Assembly (NCBI GenBank): GCA_043800255.1
Contig: JAZDNF010000010.1
Span: 1 to 64,000 of the forward strand
DNA: 64,000 bases
Origin: Candidatus Altiarchaeota archaeon
GTDB taxonomy: Archaea; Altiarchaeota; Altiarchaeia; IMC4; SCGC-AAA252-I15
Reading direction: 5' to 3'
The translations under genes were made by a program, and so were the position numbers. Each line of letters starts with the position of its first letter. Within the stretch, counting starts at the first letter, position 1. Below the pieces are notes generated by a model that saw only the letters and a list, made by a program, of their open reading frames with translations, was not told the DNA's origin and searched no databases. Shown in pieces: positions 48,272 through 57,759 of this stretch.

Positions 48272-50824
48272 ATGGCTTCCACGAAGACCAAGAGAGATAA
48301 TCCCCTGAAACTGGTTACTGGTGGGATCCACTACGGTACGAAGGATGTTGTAGAGGATATCCCCTCCGAAAAACTCGAGAAACTAATGAGGGGTGCTGAA
48401 AGTGGGAACGACAGGGATAAGGCTCAATTACGAAAGCTAAGGGAGGAAAAGTACCGCGAGAGAAAGAAGGCGATGGATGCGGCTCTCCCGCAGGGTGAGG
48501 AGGTCTGGGACGAGCAGACGATGCTCTCGGTCGTTAACGTCAGACGGTACATCAAAGAGGCTGGGCAGGCTAAAAAGAACCTGATCTCCGCAAAAGATGA
48601 CGAAGAGAGGGAGGCTGCAGCACAGGTCTACGCCTACACCCAGAAGAGGCTGGACGACTTCCTGGACCAGTCTCCACAGTTCTATGACAACGAAACCGGC
48701 GATTTCTTGAAAGAGGGCAAGCCCGGCCAGATGAGGCCTGTGTTCGAGAAAATGCACCGGCTCTTCCTGAAAGAGCAGAGGAATTACGACAAATACGTTG
48801 ATAAACAGGACAGGCTCTCCGAGGTCGAGGAGGAGATTGAAAGGCGGGGCGAGCAGAGGGTTGAAATCGTAAAACGCCAGAAGAAAGGCGAACCCGGGAC
48901 ACTGGACAGTAAGAACATGAAGGCTCTCGCAATCACATCCAGACTTGAAGAAAAGGCCGAAGCGGTTGATTCGGCAGAAGTCCTCGGAAACCTGGAGCGC
49001 ATATACTCGAAAGACAGCAGAGAATACAAGGCGCTTAAGGCAAGGCTGGAGTCGAAGGCCAAGGGCGGTGAAGAAGACCTGAAGAAAATGCATCATAAGA
49101 AGCTGGTAGAGCTCAGAGACGGGCTCAGAAAGGAGATAGCTGACCTGGACGAGGACACGATGATCGAGCACTTCAGGACCGAAGACCTGCGGAAAAAGCT
49201 GATAAAGGACCTTGACGCCGGCAATGACGTCCTCCTGATACCCTACACTGTTGAAAAACTGCAGGAGCTCAGGTTCATAGAGAAGAACAATCCGAACACG
49301 ACCATAGGCTGCGTCGCAGTCGGAGAGCCTGGAACAGGCAAGACAACCGCCATCAGACAGCACATCCACGACACGGGGCGGGAGTTCGCCTACATCGACA
49401 TGTCAGGCGACGTCTCAAGGTTCATGCTATATGGCAGTAAATCAGTCTCAGTCGGCGACCCCATAGAACAGTTCACGAGGCTTACGAAGGCTCTGGAGAG
49501 TTTCGACGTCAAGAAGGTGGGAGCCCTCGTGCAGGCAGGCGTTGACGCTGTCGGGCCGAGCTTCCTGGCCCTGATAGACGAGGAGATAGGGAAGGAGGGC
49601 GCATTGAACGTCAAGAACCCCGAGAACGTGAAAAAGCAGCTGCAGGATATCGTCGAGAAACAGTTCAACAGGGAGCTCGCGACTGAAATCTACAAGTACG
49701 GAAAACAGAACGGGTGGCGTTACGGCTTCCTCGTCGACTGCCTGAGGAAAGGAGTCTGCCCTATCATCGACGAATTCAACAAGTCCAAGGACCTGTCACT
49801 ATTGCACAGCCTGATGACTGCAGTGCCGGCTGCGGACGAGGAGGCGGGCCCGGAGCCTGGCAAAGACGCGGACAACATCAAAAAGTCCCACAGAGGATGG
49901 TGGTATTTCGCAGACAACAACGAGTGGATCAGGGTCCCGAAGGACTGGAGGATGTTCTTCACAGGCAACATCGGCGCAAAGCACAAGGTGCACAGCGTCG
50001 TAGGCGCGCTTGGAAGCAGGATGGAAGGGAAGGTGATATTCTTCGACTACCCGCCTGCTGAGCAGGAGTATGAGGTCATGCAGGCCTCCGTGTCAGACAG
50101 CGACGGAGAAGTCAGGAGGAGCAGGAAGGACATGCAGGACCTTATGGTACTTACCGGCGAGGCAGTGCCAAAGATCAGGAAGGGAATCGCCAAGATGGCG
50201 AATGCAATACCGATATCGTTGAGAAGCACGAGGCAGATTGGCGGCCTACTGTTCAACCGCCAGACGCAGACTCCGAAGGACATCGCCTTAGACAAGGCGG
50301 TGAAATGGGTGCTGGTCGACACTTACGCGATCACAGAGGACAAGGAGCCTGCCAAGCTCGTCGTCGCCGAGCTCACGGCATGCGGCATTCTATTGTCTGA
50401 GGGCATCGGCGAGAAGCTGGTCGAGGACGGCCTCCTAAAGGAGGCTGACCTGGAGAGGAAGAGGGAGTCCCACAAGATAGGATACCGGAGCGTCTCAGTC
50501 GACGACTTCAAGGAGCTGGTGGGAGAGGATGGCACGTTCCTCCTCGACGCCCGCGCGACCGGCGACAAGGTCATAAAGGGGACTCAGACGTCCATACCCC
50601 ACGACAAGCTGCAGAAGAAGGGCGCATCGAAGAAGGATAGCGGGCTTCCGGCAGACAAGAACGCCAAGATTGCAGTCTACTGCGACAGCGACGGCGACTC
50701 AGCCCAGGCTGCGAGAGCCCTGGCAGCAGCAGGCTACAAGAGGATATACACCCTCGAGGGCGGCTTCAGCGCATGGGAGGCTAAAGGATACGACGTAGAG
50801 CAAAAACAGCAGAGCACCCCCTAG
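48272..50824 (+). CDS. MoxR/dynein-related AAA+ ATPase with N-terminal coiled coil and C-terminal rhodanese domain
   Basis: Walker A GEPGTGKT; Walker B PIIDEFN; sensor-1 FTGN; ALGSR; ISLRS. C-terminus LLDAR...IAVYCDS...LEGGFSAW is rhodanese. Confidence 0.85.
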   Translation: MASTKTKRDNPLKLVTGGIHYGTKDVVEDIPSEKLEKLMRGAESGNDRDKAQLRKLREEKYRERKKAMDAALPQGEEVWDEQTMLSVVNVRRYIKEAGQAKKNLISAKDDEEREAAAQVYAYTQKRLDDFLDQSPQFYDNETGDFLKEGKPGQMRPVFEKMHRLFLKEQRNYDKYVDKQDRLSEVEEEIERRGEQRVEIVKRQKKGEPGTLDSKNMKALAITSRLEEKAEAVDSAEVLGNLERIYSKDSREYKALKARLESKAKGGEEDLKKMHHKKLVELRDGLRKEIADLDEDTMIEHFRTEDLRKKLIKDLDAGNDVLLIPYTVEKLQELRFIEKNNPNTTIGCVAVGEPGTGKTTAIRQHIHDTGREFAYIDMSGDVSRFMLYGSKSVSVGDPIEQFTRLTKALESFDVKKVGALVQAGVDAVGPSFLALIDEEIGKEGALNVKNPENVKKQLQDIVEKQFNRELATEIYKYGKQNGWRYGFLVDCLRKGVCPIIDEFNKSKDLSLLHSLMTAVPAADEEAGPEPGKDADNIKKSHRGWWYFADNNEWIRVPKDWRMFFTGNIGAKHKVHSVVGALGSRMEGKVIFFDYPPAEQEYEVMQASVSDSDGEVRRSRKDMQDLMVLTGEAVPKIRKGIAKMANAIPISLRSTRQIGGLLFNRQTQTPKDIALDKAVKWVLVDTYAITEDKEPAKLVVAELTACGILLSEGIGEKLVEDGLLKEADLERKRESHKIGYRSVSVDDFKELVGEDGTFLLDARATGDKVIKGTQTSIPHDKLQKKGASKKDSGLPADKNAKIAVYCDSDGDSAQAARALAAAGYKRIYTLEGGFSAWEAKGYDVEQKQQSTP

Positions 50825-50836
50825 GTTTTCCTGTTC

Positions 50837-51580
50837 ATGGCCGGCACCAAGATAATCAAGCTGAAGCTGGAGGAAGGGTTGGGGGGGAAACTCCCGGCAT
50901 TGAAACCAGGTTCCGTTGATGCAGCTATCCAATTATACGAAGAACTAACCAGAAAATTGGCTTACGATTTTTTACAGTCCAATTATGGCCATGTGCTAGA
51001 TGCTACTAAAGGGCTTAACATACGCTCTGATCAGATGCAGGATGTTGTCTCCGGTCTTGAAAAACTTCGAGAGGGTATCGGACATCCCCACCGTGTTGGC
51101 TTATTCTTGACGGCTCTGATGCAGAACTCGCCTGATGAGACGTTCTTGATTGCTCCGAAAAGGCAGATATCCCATCTTGGTTACCGGTTGGAGGGCGGGA
51201 AAGAGATTACTGTGGAAGGCAGTCTTGACGATTACACAGGTAGTGATATGAAGGATGGCAGGATATACGTTAAGGGTTATGCAGGCTCGTCGACTGGGGA
51301 GGGCATGAAAGGCGGTGAGATAATCGTCGAAAAAAGTGCGAAATTATCGACAGGACGATTAATGGCTGGCGGCAAAGTTCACATTAAAGGCGGGTCTGGA
51401 ACCGGCACAGGAGCCGTCATGAGCGGCGGCGAGATAATAGTCGACGGCACACTCTCCGGCGAGACGGGAGCGGGAATGGAAGGCGGCACTATCCGAGGGG
51501 GGCGCATTCCAATGCTGGGCATAAGCAGCCTTTACAAGTCCGGTACGATCATCAGCGGCGGAGCGCAGTTGAAACCATGA
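50837..51580 (+). CDS. Array gene A26
   Basis: MAGTK leader; starts 12 bp after the AAA gene. Confidence 0.9.
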   Translation: MAGTKIIKLKLEEGLGGKLPALKPGSVDAAIQLYEELTRKLAYDFLQSNYGHVLDATKGLNIRSDQMQDVVSGLEKLREGIGHPHRVGLFLTALMQNSPDETFLIAPKRQISHLGYRLEGGKEITVEGSLDDYTGSDMKDGRIYVKGYAGSSTGEGMKGGEIIVEKSAKLSTGRLMAGGKVHIKGGSGTGTGAVMSGGEIIVDGTLSGETGAGMEGGTIRGGRIPMLGISSLYKSGTIISGGAQLKP

Positions 51581-52548
51581 CCGGCACGAAGATTATCAAG
51601 CTGAAGCTGGATGGGATGGATGCTCTCGAAGGGCTTCCCAAGTTGAGGGATGACTCTGTTGTCGATTCAGCCTACAAGAAGTTTCTCGATATCCTGGGGA
51701 ATGAGAGGATTCCGGAATTCAGGGATGCTGCTAATGATGCTATGAGGGGGTTGAATGTCAGAGGCAGCCAGCTTCAGATGATATACGACCTGCTGGAGGG
51801 CGAATGCTCCCGCGTCAGTGATTTCAACTCGATGGCTGGCTTGTTCCTAACCAGTCTGATGCAGAATTCAACGGATAAGAAGTTCAGGTTGAAGATTAAC
51901 CGGCCGCTTAACTTTCTGGGAAACCCTTTGACTGGCGGGAAGGAGTTGACGATAGAAGGCGACGTTGGCGATGCGACCGGAGCCCACATGGAAGACTGCA
52001 AGATTAGGGTAAATGGCAGTGCGGGGGAATACACGGGCGCGAATATGAAAAGGGGTGTGATAGAGGTTACAGGATACGTTGACAGCAAGACGGGACATAG
52101 GATGGAAGACGGGACAATAAATGTGGGAGGAGATGCTGGCGACTTAACCGGACTTGACATGAAAGGCAACAGCCTGATAGCGGTGGGAGGCTGCTGTGGG
52201 AACAGCACCGGAATGCAGATGAAAGGGGGCAGGCTGACCGTCCGGAAGGGTGTGGGCAATGATACCGGGACGAGGATGTCCGGCGGAGAAATCATGGTCG
52301 GCGGCATATCAGGACAGTCCACTGGACAGTACATGGTGGACGGCAGGATAACAGTACACGGGGATACAGCAGACCAGACCGGCTGCGGAATGAAAGGCGG
52401 GACAATACACGTTATAGGCAGGGCGAGAGGCGAGACCGCGAAAGAAATGGAAGGCGGAAAAATCGAGGTGATGGGCGGAATAGACGAAATCAGCAAAGAA
52501 TACCTCTCAGGGGAGATCTGGGAAAACGGCAATAAGGTGAGAGGATGA
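51577..52548 (+). CDS. Array gene A27
   Basis: Leader and long beta-helix. Confidence 0.9.
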   Translation: MTGTKIIKLKLDGMDALEGLPKLRDDSVVDSAYKKFLDILGNERIPEFRDAANDAMRGLNVRGSQLQMIYDLLEGECSRVSDFNSMAGLFLTSLMQNSTDKKFRLKINRPLNFLGNPLTGGKELTIEGDVGDATGAHMEDCKIRVNGSAGEYTGANMKRGVIEVTGYVDSKTGHRMEDGTINVGGDAGDLTGLDMKGNSLIAVGGCCGNSTGMQMKGGRLTVRKGVGNDTGTRMSGGEIMVGGISGQSTGQYMVDGRITVHGDTADQTGCGMKGGTIHVIGRARGETAKEMEGGKIEVMGGIDEISKEYLSGEIWENGNKVRG

Positions 52549-53888
52549 CCGGCACCAAAGTAATCAAGTTGAAGCTGGAGGAAGGCGGCAGAGACAGCCT
52601 CCCGGAGCTGAAAGACAGTGTTCTCAGAAGGGCTTTGAAAGTCTATGAGGCTGCTCCAAGTTCCGGTTTCGGGTTGGATTCTGACGACGTCCAAGGCGTC
52701 TACGATATGATGGTCCAGGGTACTAGAGGCTTCAACGCCAGCCCCGCACAGGTCGAGCAGGTTCTCACGGAACTTGAGATGGCATATTCCCAGGACGATG
52801 CTTATCCTGAAAAGGTTGGATTGCTCCTCACTGCGCTGGTACATGATTCGTTTCACCGTGAATTTAAAATATCTCTGCAGAAGGACCGACCACTCAATTT
52901 CATCGGGTACAAACTGGGTAAGGGTAAGAAGATAATTATCAATGGTGAGGTGGACGACCTTGCGCCCCACCTGGATGGCGGAGAGGTAGAAGTGTTTGGA
53001 AACGGCGGAAACCACGCAGGCTACGGCATGACTGACGGTAAGGTTCACATCCACAGGGGCGTTGGAGTATGCGCCGGAGAATGCATGCGTGGCGGAACCC
53101 TGATAGTTGACAAAAATGCTGGGGACTGGACTGGAGCCAGGATGGTCGGAGGCGACTTAATAATCAAGGGAAACGCCGGCGAATACACGTGCAACGGCAT
53201 GGAAGGCGGGAGGGTGGATATCGGAGGTAGGATAAAAAACCTGTCAGATGAGATAAAAGGCGGCGAAGTCTACCATAAGGGGGAGAAGATATGGCTGAAG
53301 GAGGGCGAAGCTGGAGCGGTCTCAGTATTCGAGTGGACGAGGATGCCCATGGAAACGACGGGAGGGTTCTCGCCGATGGAATGCGACAGTCCGTGGGATT
53401 ACTACAAGCTGGTATCGGAGAAGACCAAGAGATTCGATTTAAACTCCAATCAAGTGAATTCCGTCATGGGAACGCTGGAGAAGAGGTTTTCAAAACAGAA
53501 GGGCTTCGCTGAGCGGCTGGGTTTGTTCCTGACGGCGTTGATAGAGAATTCATCCTCCAAGGAGTTCACGCTCAAGCCGAAGACACTGTTGACTGACCTA
53601 GGAGACAATCTAAAATCGGATAAGACGATAACCGTGAAAGGCAGCGTTGGAGGGGATATAGGTTTTCTAATGGAGAAGGGCAGAATTCACATCAAAGGGG
53701 ATGCTGGTGACGAGGTTGGCGTGGCCTTGAATGGAGGTCATATCATAATCGACGGAAACTGTGGGGAAGGCTGCGGCCGCAGGATGAAGAATGGCAGAAT
53801 CGAGGTCGGCGGCAAGATAGCTAACAAATACCACGGTTCACGCGGTGGTGGAGAGGTCTGGGAAAAAGGCGAGAGAGTCTATCCCTAG
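52545..53888 (+). CDS. Array gene A28: fusion of two units, the second without a leader
   Basis: Two helical + beta-helix modules. The second matches the A2/A7/A10 subfamily. Confidence 0.9.
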   Translation: MTGTKVIKLKLEEGGRDSLPELKDSVLRRALKVYEAAPSSGFGLDSDDVQGVYDMMVQGTRGFNASPAQVEQVLTELEMAYSQDDAYPEKVGLLLTALVHDSFHREFKISLQKDRPLNFIGYKLGKGKKIIINGEVDDLAPHLDGGEVEVFGNGGNHAGYGMTDGKVHIHRGVGVCAGECMRGGTLIVDKNAGDWTGARMVGGDLIIKGNAGEYTCNGMEGGRVDIGGRIKNLSDEIKGGEVYHKGEKIWLKEGEAGAVSVFEWTRMPMETTGGFSPMECDSPWDYYKLVSEKTKRFDLNSNQVNSVMGTLEKRFSKQKGFAERLGLFLTALIENSSSKEFTLKPKTLLTDLGDNLKSDKTITVKGSVGGDIGFLMEKGRIHIKGDAGDEVGVALNGGHIIIDGNCGEGCGRRMKNGRIEVGGKIANKYHGSRGGGEVWEKGERVYP

Positions 53889-53923
53889 CGGCGGAATCAC
53901 TGATTAGGCTCCTATTTCAGCGT

Positions 53924-53959
53924 TTTTTTGTCTGTACTGCTCCTTATATTATCAGGAAC
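53924..53959 (+). promoter_or_regulatory. Array upstream motif, copy 4
   Basis: TTTTTTGTCTGTACTGCTCCTTATATTATCAGGAAC directly before the ATG. Confidence 0.6.
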
Positions 53960-54730
53960 ATGGCAGGCACGAAAATCGTTAAACTGAGGCTCCAGGGCGG
54001 ATCAGACGATAGGCTGCCCAGTCTGAAGGATTCTATAGTGCCTGAGAACGTGATTGAGGCAGCCTCTACCGCTTTTGAAAAGTCAGTCTGGAGCCCTCTT
54101 ATGGTTGGAATGTACGACGAGGCCGGGCGGCGCATAAAAGAAGCCGATCCTGAGAACGTGCTGTTTGGAAGCCTGAATTCAGGCCAGATTCAAACATTGT
54201 ACCAAAAGCTTGAGGAAAGCTTCAAGGGGGATAAAGAATACGATTACAAGATGGGGACATTCATAACCCAGCTGATGCAGAGGTCAACCAAGAGCGAATT
54301 CAAGCTCAAGGTCAGCTCGCTCCTCCAGTGTTTCGGCATGAACCTGTCAGGCGGCAAGAAGATAACCGTTGAAGGCGACCTCGGGAACTACGCCGGACTG
54401 GAAATGTCAGACGGGCAGTTAATAGTGGATGGCAGCGTTGGGGCGTGGGCCGGGCAGGGCATGACTGGCGGATACCTTGAAATCGGGAATAACGCATCCT
54501 CCTGGCTTGGATTCAAGATGAACGGCGGGAAGATAGTCGTGAAAGGTAATGTGGGAGATTTTGCCGGCGAAAGGATGGACGGCGGAAAAATATTCGTCCA
54601 CGGGAACGCAGGCAAATACGCCGCAAATTTTATGAAAGACGGCCTGATGGACATCAGAGGCGACGTCGAAGAGTTCGGAAAGATCGCCGGAGGCACAGTC
54701 CACCACAGGGGACGGAAGGTGAAAACATGA
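53960..54730 (+). CDS. Array gene A29
   Basis: MAGTK leader and coils. Confidence 0.9.
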   Translation: MAGTKIVKLRLQGGSDDRLPSLKDSIVPENVIEAASTAFEKSVWSPLMVGMYDEAGRRIKEADPENVLFGSLNSGQIQTLYQKLEESFKGDKEYDYKMGTFITQLMQRSTKSEFKLKVSSLLQCFGMNLSGGKKITVEGDLGNYAGLEMSDGQLIVDGSVGAWAGQGMTGGYLEIGNNASSWLGFKMNGGKIVVKGNVGDFAGERMDGGKIFVHGNAGKYAANFMKDGLMDIRGDVEEFGKIAGGTVHHRGRKVKT

Positions 54731-55464
54731 CCGGGACTAAGGTTGTCAAACTGAAATTAGACGACGGTAGTCTCGGCGAGAGGCTGCCCCAAATCAGGGA
54801 AAATACCGCTGAGAAGGCTGTGGAATTGTACCTCACGTTGGGCGAACGCGATCCCATCATCAGCTGCCACAACAGGGCTGTGAGCGCTTTCCAAGAGTAT
54901 GATGCCAGCTCAACACAGCTGCAGAATGTTATCAACACGCTGGAGGAAAACTTCGGCTCCGATGAGGAGTACAGCTGGAGGGCCGGGTTCATAGTCAACG
55001 CCCTGGTCCTGAACTCAAAACACGCGAGGCTGAAAATAAAACCGAAACTGCCTTTGGATTATATAGGCTTCAAAATGGACGCCAAAAAGCACATCACCGT
55101 CGAGGGCGACCTTGGTGATGAAACCGGAGCAGACATGCAAGATGGTAGAATACATGTCGGAGGATCTGCAAAGAATCAGACCGGCAGCGGAATGAAAGGC
55201 GGCAGCATACAAGTTGACGGTAACGTTAACTGGCTTACGGCAGCAAACATGCAAGGAGGCACATTACACATCCGAGGGGATGCTGGAAACGCTCTTGGAT
55301 TTGGCTTGTGCGGTGGCACTATAATCGTGGAAGGCAACATAGGGAATCGTACAGCAGACATGATGCATGGCGGAGTCATCAAAGCCGGGGGGAAGATTGA
55401 GAGCATAGACGAAAATTATCAATCCGGAGAAATCTGGGAATCCGAGATTAAGGTGCGGGGATGA
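54727..55464 (+). CDS. Array gene A30
   Basis: Leader and coils. Confidence 0.9.
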   Translation: MTGTKVVKLKLDDGSLGERLPQIRENTAEKAVELYLTLGERDPIISCHNRAVSAFQEYDASSTQLQNVINTLEENFGSDEEYSWRAGFIVNALVLNSKHARLKIKPKLPLDYIGFKMDAKKHITVEGDLGDETGADMQDGRIHVGGSAKNQTGSGMKGGSIQVDGNVNWLTAANMQGGTLHIRGDAGNALGFGLCGGTIIVEGNIGNRTADMMHGGVIKAGGKIESIDENYQSGEIWESEIKVRG

Positions 55465-56141
55465 ACAGGCAGAAGATCATAAAACTGAAACTGGAGGGAG
55501 GGGCTCCTGACAAGTTGCCGCAGCTGAAGGAGAGTGCGGTGGATACGGCTGTGGCAGCCTATCGGAGTGTGCCGTGGGAGGCGTTGGAGGGCTCCTACTA
55601 CAACAATGTGGTGAGGGCGTTGGATGGTGTCGACGTCCGCCCGGAGAAGCTGCAGGAGGTAATGGACGCGGTCGAGAAGCCTGGAGTCAGAGACAGCGCA
55701 CATAATCTGTTCGCTGGGATTTTCCTATCCGCACTAGTCAACACATCCTCCCGCAAGAAATTCAAGTTCAGGCCGAAGTCGCAGATGGATTGGGTCGGTT
55801 ACAGTTTGGAGGAAGGTAAAGAGCTCACAGTGGACGGGAACGTTGGCATTATGGCTGGGAGAGAAATGACGGGAGGTAGATTACATATCAGAGGCGACGC
55901 GAGAACATACGCGGGATGCGATATTAAAGACGGGGAGATGCTCGTCGATGGGAGCGTTGGAGACTCTGGTGGTCAGGGCATGATAGGGGGTACCCTGACT
56001 GTGAAAGGGGATGCGGGGTCGAATCTTGGGAACTTCCAGTCCGGGGGGAGGATAAACGTTGAAGGGGAGGTCAAGAGTTTCGGCCCGCACATGATGGGCG
56101 GCGAAATCTACAACAAAGGCGAGAGAGTGTGGCCGAAATGA
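55461..56141 (+). CDS. Array gene A31
   Basis: Variant leader MNRQKIIKLKLEGG and coils. Confidence 0.9.
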   Translation: MNRQKIIKLKLEGGAPDKLPQLKESAVDTAVAAYRSVPWEALEGSYYNNVVRALDGVDVRPEKLQEVMDAVEKPGVRDSAHNLFAGIFLSALVNTSSRKKFKFRPKSQMDWVGYSLEEGKELTVDGNVGIMAGREMTGGRLHIRGDARTYAGCDIKDGEMLVDGSVGDSGGQGMIGGTLTVKGDAGSNLGNFQSGGRINVEGEVKSFGPHMMGGEIYNKGERVWPK

Positions 56142-56914
56142 CTAGGACGAAGATCGTGAAGCTGAAATTGGAACGTGGAACTTATGACAAGCTGCCGGAT
56201 TTAAGGGATGGTTATCCAACATTTTTTCTAAATGTTCTCAGGGAGTTGCAAGGTCTTAACATGCCGATGCGGACTAATTCTGAGGCTGATATTGGCGCAT
56301 GCTTCGAGAAGGCGTTTGAAAAGTCGAAGGGGTTGGATCTGAATTCCGAAAGGCTCCAGAGGGTATATGATTCTCTGAAAAATCACATCTCTGATCGCCC
56401 CCATAGTAACCATACATCAAACATTTGGGCAGGGTTATTATTGACGGCGTTGATGCAAGACTCGAGTCATACTGATTTCACGCTTAGTGTGAACAAGCGG
56501 CTGGATTTTATGGGGTTCGGGCTTAATGGAAAGAGGATAACTATGGTGGGGGATGTGGGGGACTATCCCGGCAGTCAAATGAACGGAGGGAGCATAACAG
56601 TGAAAGGAAACGCTGGCGACTATGTTGGCTTCAACATGGGCAGAGGAGAAATCCAAATAGAAGGAAATGCGTCAGATTATGCGGGATCGTGCATGAGAGG
56701 CGGCTACATCCACGTCAAACATGTCGGAGATTATGCAGGTCACGAGATGATCGATGGTGTTATCACAGTATCGGGGGACGCAGGAGAGCACACAGGAAAG
56801 CGGAGCAAGGGGGGAGCAATCCGAGTCGGCGGCATAATCGAAAGCGCATCAAGAGACGGTATGTGCAAGATAGAACCTCTGGAAGACCCAGATGACATAG
56901 GTTTTGACATATGA
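56138..56914 (+). CDS. Array gene A32
   Basis: MTRTK start at the ATGA overlap. Confidence 0.9.
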   Translation: MTRTKIVKLKLERGTYDKLPDLRDGYPTFFLNVLRELQGLNMPMRTNSEADIGACFEKAFEKSKGLDLNSERLQRVYDSLKNHISDRPHSNHTSNIWAGLLLTALMQDSSHTDFTLSVNKRLDFMGFGLNGKRITMVGDVGDYPGSQMNGGSITVKGNAGDYVGFNMGRGEIQIEGNASDYAGSCMRGGYIHVKHVGDYAGHEMIDGVITVSGDAGEHTGKRSKGGAIRVGGIIESASRDGMCKIEPLEDPDDIGFDI

Positions 56915-57759
56915 CGGGCACAAAGATTGTTAAACTGAATCTGGAAGGTGGAGCTAATGTCAAGCTGCCTAGCCTTCGGGAGACTGCCGTTGACCACAAA
57001 GCGGTTGAGAAGGCCATCAGGATATACGAGGAGACTAAGAGCCCGATGATAGACGGTTTCATACCGACTGAGGGGCAAAAACTTCAAGAGCTTGAGGAGG
57101 AATACTACCAGAAGATTATGAAGGCCACTAAGGGATTGAACGTGAACTCCGACCAGCTGCAGGAGGTAGTCGACTATCTGCAGGCTGATTTTGGGAGGGA
57201 GATGCGTTACACCCAGAACGGGTACTTTCTCACGGCGCTGATACGGCATTCGAAGTTCAGCGAGTTCACGATCCGGCCCAAGGAGCATTTGCATGATGTC
57301 GGTTTCAGACTGAACGCGGACAAGACGATCATAATCGAGGGGAACGTTGGCGGAGGCGTTGGAACCGAGATGGAGGCAGGCACGATAATCATCAAAGGTG
57401 ACGCTGGAAGCTATACTGGCTACGGGATGAAAGGAGGGAGAATACATATTCTGGGGAACGCTGAGGATGGAACAGCTGCCAGGATGGAAGCCGGGGATAT
57501 AATAGTGGAGGGTAACAGCGGAAAAAACACGGGCGAGCACATGCATGGCGGAAGCCTCGAAGTTGGAGGCAGTGCCGGAGACTACACTGCTCTAGGAATG
57601 GAGGCCGGGAAAATCTACATAAAGAGGAATTCGGGCGTCGAAACAGCCTATAGCATGGCCGGCGGCACACTCAAGGTTGACGGCAGAATAAAGGACATAA
57701 GCGTCATGTACGAGGCTGGCACCATCATAGAAGCTGGGACGCAGGTGAGACCATTATGA
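56911..57759 (+). CDS. Array gene A33
   Basis: Leader and coils. Confidence 0.9.
   Translation: MTGTKIVKLNLEGGANVKLPSLRETAVDHKAVEKAIRIYEETKSPMIDGFIPTEGQKLQELEEEYYQKIMKATKGLNVNSDQLQEVVDYLQADFGREMRYTQNGYFLTALIRHSKFSEFTIRPKEHLHDVGFRLNADKTIIIEGNVGGGVGTEMEAGTIIIKGDAGSYTGYGMKGGRIHILGNAEDGTAARMEAGDIIVEGNSGKNTGEHMHGGSLEVGGSAGDYTALGMEAGKIYIKRNSGVETAYSMAGGTLKVDGRIKDISVMYEAGTIIEAGTQVRPL

Noticed and set aside
46002-50824. AAA/vWA pair as a mobile element inserted in the array
   Set aside because: No transposase or integrase, terminal inverted repeats or target-site duplication seen; the genes are packed flush with array genes.
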